Source: an uncultured Verrucomicrobiae bacterium (GTDB lineage Bacteria > Chlamydiota > Chlamydiia > Chlamydiales > Rhabdochlamydiaceae). From it: 64,000 nucleotides of DNA. A model generated the notes under the pieces. It ran no database searches. It had not been told where the DNA came from and was given only the letters and a program-made list of their open reading frames with translations. The stretch spans positions 1,824,001 through 1,888,000 of the forward strand of contig CAVSUE010000001.1 of NCBI GenBank assembly GCA_963731265.1, written 5' to 3'. Shown piece by piece: positions 1 to 9,387 of the stretch (position 1 is its first letter; each line of letters opens with the position of its first letter). Both the position numbers and the translations under genes were made by a program.

Positions 1-879
1 CATCAGCATCAAGAAGGAGGCTAAAGGAAGCAAAATCAAGAGCACGATACCGTAAATGAGCGCCTTGACCGCATGTTTTTTTAATTCGTCAATCGCTGAT
101 TCCAAATTTTTGGGAAAGATTTTAATGAGGATCACGCCGATGACGAAAGTGTAAAGGAAATTCATAAGAAGGGCGATGATCTTTGAGCCGACGAGAAGGC
201 TTTGGATCCAGGTTCCTTTGACAAGTTTCTGGACAAAAGAAGGATGGTACGTTGTGGTTCCACATACAGTCGCTCCATTTTCAATCCAGGCGGGAGAATT
301 ACTCCGGTATTCCAAATTTCCGCCGATAACTGCTCGGGAAGTGAGGCGCAGGTGTCCGACATGAGTCAATAAATCATTGCGGATGGTGGAAGACATGCGC
401 AAATTAGAAGCGATGATGGTCGCATTAGATCCAACGTTAGCGCCGAGATCGATATTCCCAGCCACCGCAACAAGGTTCCCCCCGATGGTCGCTGAAGATA
501 GCAGCTGCACGTTTCCAGCAACAAGAGTTGCGTTTTTTGCTACCTTGCCGCTGATGAGCACTTGGCCCCCTACGAGCCGGCAATTATGTTGGATTTGCCC
601 AGAGATGTCGATAGAGCCGACAGCGCCGAGCAAATCCCCGTTGATGATGCCGTCAATGATGACCTGCTTAGCGAAGACGTACACATCGCCATTGACCGTC
701 CCTGAAATTTCAATGCTTTCTCCACTGGCAAAAAAATCTCCATTATGCACGGAGCCGGAAGCCAAAATGACAATACTTTCTTCTTTATGCTCTTTCTTGG
801 AAGCTTCTTTTGGGGGTTCTGCCCATAAAATCGAAGAGAAAAAAAGGAGTAGCTGAATGAAAATTAGACGCATACGCAT
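1..879 (-). CDS. Bactofilin/polymer-forming-like beta-helix protein with C-terminal membrane segments (3' end runs off the window; absent from the ORF track)
   Basis: Hand translation from ATG at 879 (or 873), which overlaps the hemA stop: MRMRLIFIQLLLFFSSILWAEPPKE...GDFFASGESIEISGTVNGDVYVFAKQVIIDGIINGDLLGAVGSIDISGQI...GNLVAVAGNIDLGANVGSN, then hydrophobic LLMNFLYTFVIGVILIKIFP and ALIYGIVLLILLPLASFLLMLM. The frame stays open to base 1. Confidence 0.75.
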   Translation of the reverse strand, partial: MRMRLIFIQLLLFFSSILWAEPPKEASKKEHKEESIVILASGSVHNGDFFASGESIEISGTVNGDVYVFAKQVIIDGIINGDLLGAVGSIDISGQIQHNCRLVGGQVLISGKVAKNATLVAGNVQLLSSATIGGNLVAVAGNIDLGANVGSNATIIASNLRMSSTIRNDLLTHVGHLRLTSRAVIGGNLEYRSNSPAWIENGATVCGTTTYHPSFVQKLVKGTWIQSLLVGSKIIALLMNFLYTFVIGVILIKIFPKNLESAIDELKKHAVKALIYGIVLLILLPLASFLMLM

Positions 880-1868
880 GCTCTTTTTTCTCTTTGGCCA
901 AAAGCGTTATGATAACGCTGAACGCTTTCTAAAATCAATGTTTCAGAGCGATGGATCTCAAGAAGATTTTTTTCCTGTTTGCTTTCGATCATCGCGCTGA
1001 GTTGCTGCATATTTAGCAGGACCAGTTGTGGGTTGCGGGAAAGCAATGGGTTGACATTCCTTGGAACGCTAAGGTCGAAGATCAATCGCGTTTGTATTGC
1101 ATTACCTAGGGGGTTGTCGACGATGTAGGGGGGGGCATTCGAGCCGCAAATGACAAGAGGGTACTCTTGCCAGGAAGAAATTTTATCCCATGGCACTAAA
1201 GTCAACCCTTCTTTTTCAGAAATTTCCTTAGCAGAAATCAACGAACGCGTGCACAAGGCCATTTTTCGCACTCCTTTATGATGGAAGAAGGCGATGACTT
1301 TGCGGTTGATCTCGGAATTTCCAATAAAAAGAACAGGAAGATCGGACAACTTTCTAAAAAACTGCTCGCTGATCTGAAAAAGGATCTTTGGGATCGTCAC
1401 CTGGTTTTGAGAAAGAGAGAATGTCGAACGGATTTGCTTTCCCAGCTTGAGCGACTTTTGGAACAAAAAGTGCATACAACTTGGCAAGGCATAATGCAAA
1501 AGGGTCTGCTCGTACGCTGTTTTGACCTGCCGCTGGATTTCCGATTCCGCGATGATCGCGCTATCCAGCCCTGAAGTCACCCGCGCCAGATGTATAAAAC
1601 AATCAAAACCAAATAAGGAATAGAGGTTATGTTCAAAAGCCGTCGCGATTTCTCCTCGCAACAGATTGAGCAGAACACTATGGGCATCGGCGAGCGAGTC
1701 GGAACTAAAGTAGATCTCGCAACGATTGCATGTGGACAAAAGAATGGCACGGAGGCTTTCCGTCATCTCGCTGTCTCGCGAAAGCTTGATACGACAAGCT
1801 TTTGAGACGCTTTCCCGGACGCTGAGTTCCGCCGTTTTATAATTGATCCCTAAGACGCCGATCTTCAT
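864..1868 (-). CDS. hemA: Glutamyl-tRNA reductase (short chlamydial type)
   Basis: GINYKTA N-terminus, catalytic LSTCNRCEIY, SGLDS...ESEIQRQVK, DLSVPRNV motifs. Confidence 0.95.
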   Translation of the reverse strand: MKIGVLGINYKTAELSVRESVSKACRIKLSRDSEMTESLRAILLSTCNRCEIYFSSDSLADAHSVLLNLLRGEIATAFEHNLYSLFGFDCFIHLARVTSGLDSAIIAESEIQRQVKTAYEQTLLHYALPSCMHFLFQKSLKLGKQIRSTFSLSQNQVTIPKILFQISEQFFRKLSDLPVLFIGNSEINRKVIAFFHHKGVRKMALCTRSLISAKEISEKEGLTLVPWDKISSWQEYPLVICGSNAPPYIVDNPLGNAIQTRLIFDLSVPRNVNPLLSRNPQLVLLNMQQLSAMIESKQEKNLLEIHRSETLILESVQRYHNAFGQREKRACVCV

Positions 1869-1901
1869 GAAACACCTGATGAGAAAAAGTCCTTATAAAG
1901 G

Positions 1902-2510
1902 TTAATCCTCTTTAGCCGCAAGCACGCTGATCACCATCTCTGCGCTAAATCCTTGGCGGCCCAGTTTCCCGATCCATTTTTTCATTTCTCGAGGATCGTC
2001 GCGTTTGATTTTTCTCCGATTTTTATCAAGCCATTTTTGAAGCGCTTCCCTTTCAGACGTCATGGCATGTTCATAGTGCTGTTTAAGGACCGCATCTTTT
2101 AAGCCTTTTTGCCTGAGCTTAAAGTAAGCCGCTTTTGCAGACCGCCCCTTTTTTAATTCACGGGCAAAAAGCCTTTCTATTCCGCCTTCGTCGTTCAGAT
2201 ACCCTTTCTCAACGCACAGTTGCACTGTCTTATTTGCACAATCCGAAGAAATGCCTTTATCAAGTAATTTCGATTCGAGCTCGGTGGACAAGAGGCTCCG
2301 TTTTGCGAGCAAATACAGGGCATAACGTTTAGCCAGTTTCTCTTCTAGACCGAAGAACCTGCCGATAAACTCGTCCCATTCAAGATCTATGGGGATTTTC
2401 TTTAAGTCATTAATAAACAAAGACTTACTCACTTCACGCCAAAATTCATCCTCCCAAAAAAGTGTTAACACTTTCGAATCTTCTTTTTTTATTTGTATCT
2501 TTAAACCCAT
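1902..2510 (-). CDS. recX: RecX-family regulatory protein
   Basis: AKRYALYLLAKRSLLSTELESKLLDKG, GYLND, KLRQKGL and KLGRQGFS three-helix repeats. Confidence 0.8.
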   Translation of the reverse strand: MGLKIQIKKEDSKVLTLFWEDEFWREVSKSLFINDLKKIPIDLEWDEFIGRFFGLEEKLAKRYALYLLAKRSLLSTELESKLLDKGISSDCANKTVQLCVEKGYLNDEGGIERLFARELKKGRSAKAAYFKLRQKGLKDAVLKQHYEHAMTSEREALQKWLDKNRRKIKRDDPREMKKWIGKLGRQGFSAEMVISVLAAKED

Positions 2511-2602
2511 ATAACCAAGAAAGTTAGGTTAAAAATCCAACGATACTTCACTTGATTATTTACCGATTTTGGGATAAAATTAAAGAGGAAACGGAGGTAG
2601 TT

Positions 2603-2797
2603 ATGATAGATTCTATAAAAACACATTTTCAAGAAAATTTCTTACCGGATCGCATTCCACCCAACACAGCTGACTTCTATAACAGCCAACTATTCGCCAA
2701 AAATGAAATGCGAGTTTTATCGTCAGCCGTCCTCGCCGATCAACGAGCCCAGGAAAAAGGTCTTCAACGTATCAAAGATACGATTAATGAAGCGTGA
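2603..2797 (+). CDS. Small hypothetical protein (64 aa)
   Basis: ATG at 2603 with GGAGG RBS at 2593-2597; the ORF track starts it at TTG 2552; helical C-terminus. Confidence 0.6.
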   Translation: MIDSIKTHFQENFLPDRIPPNTADFYNSQLFAKNEMRVLSSAVLADQRAQEKGLQRIKDTINEA

Positions 2798-2853
2798 GTT
2801 AAGTTAATTTTCTAATTATTGATCTATAAATCAATAATTCTTATCATAAATTT

Positions 2854-3123
2854 ATGACAATACCTACAGATCCCTCTAAAAGCAGTGGCGGCAGCAATGT
2901 ACCGCCCTCGCAACCCGTGGGGCCTCAGCCAGCCGGCAATATCGACCCCACAGGAGCTTGGTCTAAATTTTTAAGCACTCCGGGCAATGTTGCCACCCCT
3001 GAAGAAGTGAAATTGTTCATGCAGGGGCTGCTAAAAATGTTTAACGTGATCATTCAACAGCAAACGGCCGCTGCTCACCGGGCAGCCGAACAAATGAAAA
3101 AAGCCGAAGAAGGCGAGGATTAG
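2854..3123 (+). CDS. Small hypothetical protein with Ser/Pro-rich N-terminus and helical C-terminus (possible T3SS substrate)
   Basis: 89-aa ORF MTIPTDPSKSSGGSNVPPSQP...MFNVIIQQQTAAAHRAAEQMKKAEEGED. Confidence 0.7.
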   Translation: MTIPTDPSKSSGGSNVPPSQPVGPQPAGNIDPTGAWSKFLSTPGNVATPEEVKLFMQGLLKMFNVIIQQQTAAAHRAAEQMKKAEEGED

Positions 3124-3266
3124 AGCCATTCCCGCTGTGAACTCTTCGAGGACGAGTTTACCCCATTTTTCGAAGTTCAATATCTCATTGAGTCATATGG
3201 ACTTCGAAAAATGGGGGAAAATCGCCGAAAAGATTCCACCGTCGAAGAGGTGCAGCGGAATGGCTC
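3123..3266. mobile_element. Palindromic MITE-like element (family F), followed by an extra end copy at 3283-3297
   Basis: Ends GAGCCATTCCCGCTG / CAGCGGAATGGCTC; inner arms CCCCATTTTTCGAAGT / ACTTCGAAAAATGGGG; starts on the TAG stop of the upstream gene. Confidence 0.75.
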
Positions 3267-3318
3267 GATTAGGTTTCCTCTTGAGCCATCCCGCTGCGGC
3301 ATGGTATCCTCCTTCCCC

Positions 3319-4248
3319 ATGGAATCTCAGGGCGAGTTAACAAATTTTTTCACTGTTTCTTCTGAAGAGGCCTCTACGAGGTTGGACAAACTTTTATCTC
3401 TGCATTTTGCCGGATATTCCCGCTCCTATTTTCAATATCTTATTGATCAGCAATGCGTCCTCGTGAATGGCCAGCGTTTAAAAAAAAGGCACCTTTTACA
3501 AGCCGGGGACGAGGTAGAGGTCTGCTTTCTTCTCACCCCGGAAATTTCTTTAGAGCCTCAGGATATTCCTCTGGATGTTCTTTTTGAAGACGATCATTTG
3601 ATCGTCGTGAACAAACCCGCAGGAATGGTTGTTCATCCTGCCCCCGGTCACCCCAGCCAGACCTTTGTCAACGCGCTTTTATTCCATTGCCGCTCGCTTC
3701 CCGAGACAGACAGCATCCGGCCCGGGATCGTCCATCGGTTGGACAAAGACACGACGGGGGTCCTTCTCGCCGCAAAGACGGCCCAGGCCCACGCAAAATT
3801 AGTCGAGCTATTCTCGGAGCGGCGGATTCAAAAAGATTATTTGGCCATTTGCCTGGGCACCCCAAAAGAGGGTTTGATCGATGCACCCATCAAACGACAT
3901 CCCCTTCAAAGAAAAGAAATGGCCGTGTGCTTTGAGCAAGGCAAAGAGGCCAAGAGCTTATGCAAAGTCCTCAGGAAAAACGGTCAGCTTTCCGTTGTGC
4001 AGATTCAGCTTCTCACCGGACGAACCCATCAGATTCGCGTTCATCTGAAACATATCGGCGCTCCTGTCCTTGGCGATACTGTTTATGGAAGCCCAAGTGC
4101 AAATAAAAGATTTAGTGCTGAGCGGCAACTACTGCACGCATGGCGTCTTCAATTCATCCACCCCATCACAAATTTTCCTATAGATGTTCGAGCCCCGATT
4201 CCCAAAGACTTAATAGCATTTTCCCAATCACTTGATTTTCAATGCTAG
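3319..4248 (+). CDS. rluD: RluA/RluD-family 23S rRNA pseudouridine synthase with S4 domain
   Basis: RLDKLL S4 domain, VVNKPAGMVVHP, HRLDKDTTG, TGRTHQIRVH. The track start at 3211 lies inside the palindromic element, so ATG 3319 (or 3301) is preferred. Confidence 0.92.
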   Translation: MESQGELTNFFTVSSEEASTRLDKLLSLHFAGYSRSYFQYLIDQQCVLVNGQRLKKRHLLQAGDEVEVCFLLTPEISLEPQDIPLDVLFEDDHLIVVNKPAGMVVHPAPGHPSQTFVNALLFHCRSLPETDSIRPGIVHRLDKDTTGVLLAAKTAQAHAKLVELFSERRIQKDYLAICLGTPKEGLIDAPIKRHPLQRKEMAVCFEQGKEAKSLCKVLRKNGQLSVVQIQLLTGRTHQIRVHLKHIGAPVLGDTVYGSPSANKRFSAERQLLHAWRLQFIHPITNFPIDVRAPIPKDLIAFSQSLDFQC

Positions 4249-4339
4249 CCGAATATGCCCCGTTAAGTTATGCTTCGACTGACGGTTTTCTCATTTCAAT
4301 TGCTTATTTTTCTGAGAATTTCTTATTGAGGACTGAATT

Positions 4340-4591
4340 ATGAAAGAGTTTGTCGAATACATCGTAAAGAACCTAGTCGATCATCCTGATCAAGTACGCA
4401 TCAATGAAATTGGCGGTACACATACATTGATCATTGAACTTGCTGTTGAAAAATCAGATATCGGCAAAATTATCGGTAAAAAAGGGAAAACAATTAATGC
4501 CATTCGGACGCTTTTGATGTCTGTAGCAAGCCGAAACGGCATCCGCGTCAACCTCGAAATTATCGAAGAACAAGAAGAAAAAAAACAGTAG
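4340..4591 (+). CDS. khpA: KH-domain RNA-binding protein (UPF0109/KhpA)
   Basis: MKEFVEYIVKNLVDHPDQV...DIGKIIGKKGKTINAIRTLL with GxxG loop; GAGG RBS. Confidence 0.92.
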   Translation: MKEFVEYIVKNLVDHPDQVRINEIGGTHTLIIELAVEKSDIGKIIGKKGKTINAIRTLLMSVASRNGIRVNLEIIEEQEEKKQ

Positions 4592-4600
4592 TTCTTCTTA

Positions 4601-4773
4601 GAGACTGACCACAAACTCAGCTCGGTCGATTTTCGGGTTTTTTGAGCCGCTTTTCGAATTCTTTTTGCGTGGGGCTGTATCAATTGTGTATACTACCCCC
4701 GCAAAAAGAATCGAAAAGCGGACAAATATAATAATCCGAAAAAACGACGAAGCCTGGATTTGTGGTCAGTCTC
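4601..4773. mobile_element. Palindromic MITE-like element, family A (variant terminal repeats), with TTA target duplication
   Basis: TIR GAGACTGACCACAAA / TTTGTGGTCAGTCTC; TTA at 4598-4600 and 4774-4776; core GCCGCTTTTCGAATTCTTTTTGCG...CCCCGCAAAAAGAATCGAAAAGCGG shared with the copies at 27823 and 36310. Confidence 0.85.
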
Positions 4774-7434
4774 TTATTGGACTAGTTTGGGAAGATAAGG
4801 CGAGATCATCGCTTTGCGGGAGTTGATAAGGCCCGCTTTATATTTTAAAACGGCAATGGAAAGCATTCCTTTACCCGAAACGGTTTTTTTCGGCACCTCT
4901 GCAAAACTCTCGGTAAAAATCTGTTCATACTCTTTGGCTTTATCTCCGAAAAATTCTGTGGATAAATGATTTTTCTGGATCTGCGGCGAAGAACGAAAGG
5001 CATTGAGAAATCTCTTCAAATGCTCGATGGACTGTTCTGTAAAAGGAATCCAGATCCACAATTCATCTTGATGTTTATAATCCCCTAGGGTTCCTGCATA
5101 TAAGTCTTCGGCGCCGGCAATCGTGCTGATCATTTGCAAATGCAAATCGAATTCTTTCCCTTCGCGATAAAAATCAAGGGCATTATCGTACCAGCATTTG
5201 CGGAGCACTTCCGCGTGCTTGGCAAATGTGGAATAGTTGCGGGAGAACAATTTCGCCTGCCCGACGCGGGCGCACCCATTTTGTTCTTTCGTATCGGCAA
5301 AAAGTGCGGAAGGGCGTCCTTTCGCGCACAGGATCATATTATTTTCTACAGCTTCTTCTTTGGAGAGGTAGATCTTGCGGTAAAGAGAATAGACGTCGTG
5401 ATTTTGCAAAATCCGCGCTGCCGCTTTGCGGACAAATTCTTGATCGCGTGGAATATCGTCTAGAGAAATGACTTCGACCTCTTTTTCCATCATCAAGGAT
5501 TTCAGGCGATTGATGAGCTCGGCAACGCAAACGATATCTCTTTGCGAGACTTTAGTCAGTAAATCCGTATCGTCGAAAATTCCGTAAAGAAAATGGAGAT
5601 ACTCGACAAATTCTCTCAAAGGGTCGATGTAATAAGAATGTTTGGATTCCGAAACGAGCTGTCTTTGCAGCAGCCGTTTGAACAATTTCTTATTTTTTGC
5701 CGAAGAAAAATTCTTAGCAATCCCGCCGATTTGACTTGCGATTTGCTGTGCGCTCATTCCCCCGGTACTAAAGGCATCGTTGATCTCGAAAGCGAGCTCA
5801 GCGCACGGCACATTGGAGGATTGCGAATCTGTGATATGCACAAGGGCGGCCGAGGTCGTTTGCAGATTGCTTTTATGATGATCGATGACGCTGATCACAT
5901 CCAGATAGGAAGGGATTTTTGTTTCTTCCCGATTGCAGAAATCGCGCAGAGTCACAGTTCCCAGGGTGGTTTTGTACAAATCGTGCGAAAGAACAATCCC
6001 CAGAGGGATTAATTTTCCCTCTTTGTCTGTCGTGGTAACGCTCAAGTAATGATAATTTCCCATTTTACTCTTGATCTCATCCACATCAGCGCGGTAGCTG
6101 ATATGCTGGGGAAAATAACCGAACACATGCGTCTTGATATTCAAGGCGACATCTAAACGATCGACAAAGTTACGGATGCTCAAGATCGCGCTGTCCAATC
6201 CCTGGATGATCTTTTCGATATAATGGAAGATCCGCGGCCTGTTCTCGACAAGAAAGCCCGACCGGTCAAATAACGGAGATTTGTGCATCGATTCGACGAG
6301 TTCGACAAATTCCTGGAAGTCAAAAAGCCCAAGCGCTTTCATCCCCTCGGCAAATTCTTCAAAAGTGCTCTCCAACCCTTTGTGGATACGCAAGACTTTT
6401 GTCAAGTAGGCTTGAACGTATTTGCTCTGGCTCAAGGTAAATTCTTTGGCAGGCTGGCAATCGACGAGTTTTGTCAAAAACACAGCCTTGATGAAAGAAG
6501 GGATGTCCTTCAAAGAGAGCTCTTCTTTAGCAAAAAGCCCGACGAGTTTCACATGCAAATGGTTTTCAAACCATCGCAAACAGTTGTTGAGCAGCATGAT
6601 CACCTGGCGTACGCCTTCCGCGTCGAAATTGCGCCAATCGCCCAAATAAAACCCCTGCTCGTCGACAAGGATGACAGCGGTTTGCATTCGTTCGTGATCG
6701 ATCAGCAAAGTCGATTCATCCGTCTGTTTACGGACCAGGCCTTTCTGCGTCATGAGATCGATGCCCGATAGGGCCAAAGTCGTGCGAGTTTTAGCGAGAA
6801 GATTGAACACACCTTTTCCAAAAATCTTCGAAAAAAGAAAACCGATCTCGATCTGCCTTTCCGGCGCGCCTCCAGGAACGTTCCACAGGTGCAACCCTTC
6901 CGCAACACGCGCCGCAAAAGCATCGACCCACCCCCAAAAAGATGCAATCGTCGTGTCCAGGTCCGGGGACCCATGCGCAGTGACATAATGGGAACCAGGA
7001 TAAATTTTGCCCATGCCCACGGGAAAGAGCAACTGGTATTCATCCCTCGGAATCGCCTTGCCGGCAATCTTCCCACGGGCCTCATAGTTTTTTTCCGCGC
7101 TCAATTGCGAAAATTGGTTGAGCCATAATTCAAAATGCACGAACGCATAAGACTCTAAAATCTTTAGAGCGTTGATCTGTTCGATATAATCGAGAACGGC
7201 CGGCAGCAAAAAGCAAGGCGTTTTTGCTTTTTCAATCAGCTCATAGAGCGCATGATTGACACGCTCGCTCTTTTGCTTGTCGTTCAAGCGGTGGAATTCT
7301 TTTCTTTGAAATTCTTTGAAAAAGGGAGATAGGTTTTCAAATTTATGTGGAACGATTTTAAAATCGCCAAGGTATTTTTCCTCTCGAGGACGGGTAGAAC
7401 CTTTTCCACTCTTACTTGCCGAGCTTTTTTTCAT
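4774..7434 (-). CDS. Large divergent DHH-family protein resembling CBS-domain family II (Mn-dependent) inorganic pyrophosphatase
   Basis: Motifs in the expected order: AHGSPDLD (cf. GHxNPDxD), CBS-like DLMTQKGLV...VILVDEQGFYLG, second CBS-like ...DKEGKLIPLGIVLSHDL, LRDFCN (cf. VDHNE), VIDHH, IFDDTDLL (cf. SDT), DTKE...RVGQ, C-terminal INSRKAMISPYL (cf. VSRKKQVVP). Confidence 0.75.
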   Translation of the reverse strand: MKKSSASKSGKGSTRPREEKYLGDFKIVPHKFENLSPFFKEFQRKEFHRLNDKQKSERVNHALYELIEKAKTPCFLLPAVLDYIEQINALKILESYAFVHFELWLNQFSQLSAEKNYEARGKIAGKAIPRDEYQLLFPVGMGKIYPGSHYVTAHGSPDLDTTIASFWGWVDAFAARVAEGLHLWNVPGGAPERQIEIGFLFSKIFGKGVFNLLAKTRTTLALSGIDLMTQKGLVRKQTDESTLLIDHERMQTAVILVDEQGFYLGDWRNFDAEGVRQVIMLLNNCLRWFENHLHVKLVGLFAKEELSLKDIPSFIKAVFLTKLVDCQPAKEFTLSQSKYVQAYLTKVLRIHKGLESTFEEFAEGMKALGLFDFQEFVELVESMHKSPLFDRSGFLVENRPRIFHYIEKIIQGLDSAILSIRNFVDRLDVALNIKTHVFGYFPQHISYRADVDEIKSKMGNYHYLSVTTTDKEGKLIPLGIVLSHDLYKTTLGTVTLRDFCNREETKIPSYLDVISVIDHHKSNLQTTSAALVHITDSQSSNVPCAELAFEINDAFSTGGMSAQQIASQIGGIAKNFSSAKNKKLFKRLLQRQLVSESKHSYYIDPLREFVEYLHFLYGIFDDTDLLTKVSQRDIVCVAELINRLKSLMMEKEVEVISLDDIPRDQEFVRKAAARILQNHDVYSLYRKIYLSKEEAVENNMILCAKGRPSALFADTKEQNGCARVGQAKLFSRNYSTFAKHAEVLRKCWYDNALDFYREGKEFDLHLQMISTIAGAEDLYAGTLGDYKHQDELWIWIPFTEQSIEHLKRFLNAFRSSPQIQKNHLSTEFFGDKAKEYEQIFTESFAEVPKKTVSGKGMLSIAVLKYKAGLINSRKAMISPYLPKLVQ

Positions 7435-7461
7435 AGAAAATTAAAGCAAAATTTATTTGAA

Positions 7462-7535
7462 CGGATTGAGCAGGACTCGAACCTGCGACCGCCCGCTTAG
7501 AAGGCGGGTGCTCTATCCAGCTGAGCTATCAATCC
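7462..7535 (-). tRNA. tRNA-Arg (anticodon TCT)
   Basis: GGATTGATAGCTCAGCTGGATAGAGCACCCGCCTTCTAAGCGGGCGGTCGCAGGTTCGAGTCCTGCTCAATCCG folds as a cloverleaf; CCA not encoded. Confidence 0.95.
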
Positions 7536-7576
7536 ACGAGTTTCCATGATCACAAAAGAGTGCATTTTAATAAACT

Positions 7577-9196
7577 TCAATATTCCTTTGGAAGAACGTT
7601 AATGCCGGCATCGAAGTCAGCCTGGTCTGCCTGTTTGCGATAAGCTTCTTCTTGGGCTTCAGTGAGCTTTTGATAGTCTTGAAAAGAATGGATGATATGC
7701 GGGCGCACGAAAATGATCACATTGCGCCTTTCATCGTGCTTTTTCGTTTTGCTGAAAAGGGCGCCGATGAAAGGCAGGCCGCCTAAACAAGGAATCCCGG
7801 CTTTATGCTGGGACTTGGAATTGCGGATCATTCCGCTCAAGACGAGAAAATGCTTGTCTGGAACATGCACGTGAGTGGCCATGTTGGTCTTCGTCGTGCG
7901 GATGCCATTGACCGTCGTATTGTTGTTCATCGGCTCTTGCTCGACGCTTTCCGTAATCTCTTCGTTCAGGCTCAGCGTAATGACATCGCCCTCGCCGAGA
8001 CGAGGCGTGATGCTCAGACTGACCCCGATATCGCGGTATTCGATATTGGCAGTCGTCTGTTGGCTCTGCCCCACGGTTTGAATGACGGAACCTGTGAAGG
8101 GAATATTGTCGCCGACAAAAATCGTCGAATTTTTGTTGTCTTGGGTAATGATTTTTTGATTGAGGACGATCGTGCTGGTTCCATCCACTTGAAGAGCGGA
8201 AACGAGGGAGCCTAAAGACAAATACGACTTGCCTTTATGCATGATCACATCGCCGATCACACCCAAATCAAACCCAGGAACGAGTGGGATCTGTCCAAGC
8301 CCTGTCGGCGTATGGGTGGCATTGATACCCTGCATGGTCGACGCAAATGAACCGTGGTGTGTTTGCTGAGGAGCGAAATTCCCAACGCCGAAGCCTGCCC
8401 TGTTGGAAAATTGTCCGCCTGCAGCCCACTGCAGACCGAACTCCATGCTTTTTTTCACATCAGTCTCGATCACGAGAACTTCGATGAAGACTTGCCTGAG
8501 AGGAATATCGAGGCTCTCGACGAGTTTATTCAGTTTTTTCAGCGTCTCCGCATCGGCAGAGCAGAGCAATGAGTTGGTCGCCTTCACCCATTGTAAAGAT
8601 TGAATCGCGTTGATCAGGTGGATGGGAGCGTCGGGCTGATTGCGCAGGTCCGCGCCGATTTTTTTAAGAGCTTCCTCGATTTCAGGTCCTTCATGATACT
8701 GCAATTTGTAGACGAAAAACTCATACTTCTCGCTATCTTTAGGTAAGGAGGAAGGGAATTCTCGAGTGGATGCCAAAAGCCCCTCCATCGATTTATCCCG
8801 ACCTTTGGAGGGCAATCCCTCTTCGCCAATCCCCTCGTCCTGGTTGTGGATAACGTAATAGCCCGCATCTTTGGATACGGAGAGCCCATGCTTTTTGAGA
8901 AGCTGGATTAAGGCTGTGAGGACCATCTCGGTCCCGACAGCTTTGCCCGTGGAGAGGGAAATATTGAAGTTGAGATCGCGGCTATCGTAAATGAAATTTT
9001 CCGCGGAAATTTTGCTGACAAAACGGATGAATTCAATGACCGGAACGTCATTGAAATTGATGCTAAAGCCCGTGCTATTCTGTTGCTCTTGCGGAACTTC
9101 TTCCAGGCCCTCTTCCGCATTATTTAAGAGAGGATAGAAAGCGAACAACACGCTTGCAAGGATACTCGTCAGTTTTTTTGTCTTTTTTCCGTACAT
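7577..9196 (-). CDS. Secretin (GspD/CdsC-like), short form of about 539 aa
   Basis: Signal peptide after MYGKK (ATG 9196); N0 SINFNDVPVIEFIRFVSKIS; N3-like YKLQY...LDIPLRQVFIEVLVIE; secretin core EYRDIGVSLSITP...GIPCLGGLPFIGALF...IIFVRPHII. Confidence 0.9.
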   Translation of the reverse strand: MYGKKTKKLTSILASVLFAFYPLLNNAEEGLEEVPQEQQNSTGFSINFNDVPVIEFIRFVSKISAENFIYDSRDLNFNISLSTGKAVGTEMVLTALIQLLKKHGLSVSKDAGYYVIHNQDEGIGEEGLPSKGRDKSMEGLLASTREFPSSLPKDSEKYEFFVYKLQYHEGPEIEEALKKIGADLRNQPDAPIHLINAIQSLQWVKATNSLLCSADAETLKKLNKLVESLDIPLRQVFIEVLVIETDVKKSMEFGLQWAAGGQFSNRAGFGVGNFAPQQTHHGSFASTMQGINATHTPTGLGQIPLVPGFDLGVIGDVIMHKGKSYLSLGSLVSALQVDGTSTIVLNQKIITQDNKNSTIFVGDNIPFTGSVIQTVGQSQQTTANIEYRDIGVSLSITPRLGEGDVITLSLNEEITESVEQEPMNNNTTVNGIRTTKTNMATHVHVPDKHFLVLSGMIRNSKSQHKAGIPCLGGLPFIGALFSKTKKHDERRNVIIFVRPHIIHSFQDYQKLTEAQEEAYRKQADQADFDAGINVLPKEY

Positions 9197-9387
9197 ATTT
9201 CGCAGCTTGCCTCGGACATTATAAGCACCTTCGAAGATTTTTGAATAGGAATTTTCAAAAACAGGAGAGGATTTAATTCCAAACAATTTTTACAAAATGC
9301 AGATTTGATTAAGATATTTTAAATAATTATTAAAATTATTCTTGGCGACAGTTTTAGGGTTGCGTCTTTTGTCTGCCATATGAATAA

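Noticed and set aside
377..856. 159-aa + strand ORF
   Set aside because: It is antisense to the real minus-strand bactofilin-like gene (879 to beyond base 1) that the track omitted.
3211..3318. N-terminal extension of RluD in the ORF track
   Set aside because: It is largely encoded by the palindromic element; the S4 domain starts after ATG 3319.
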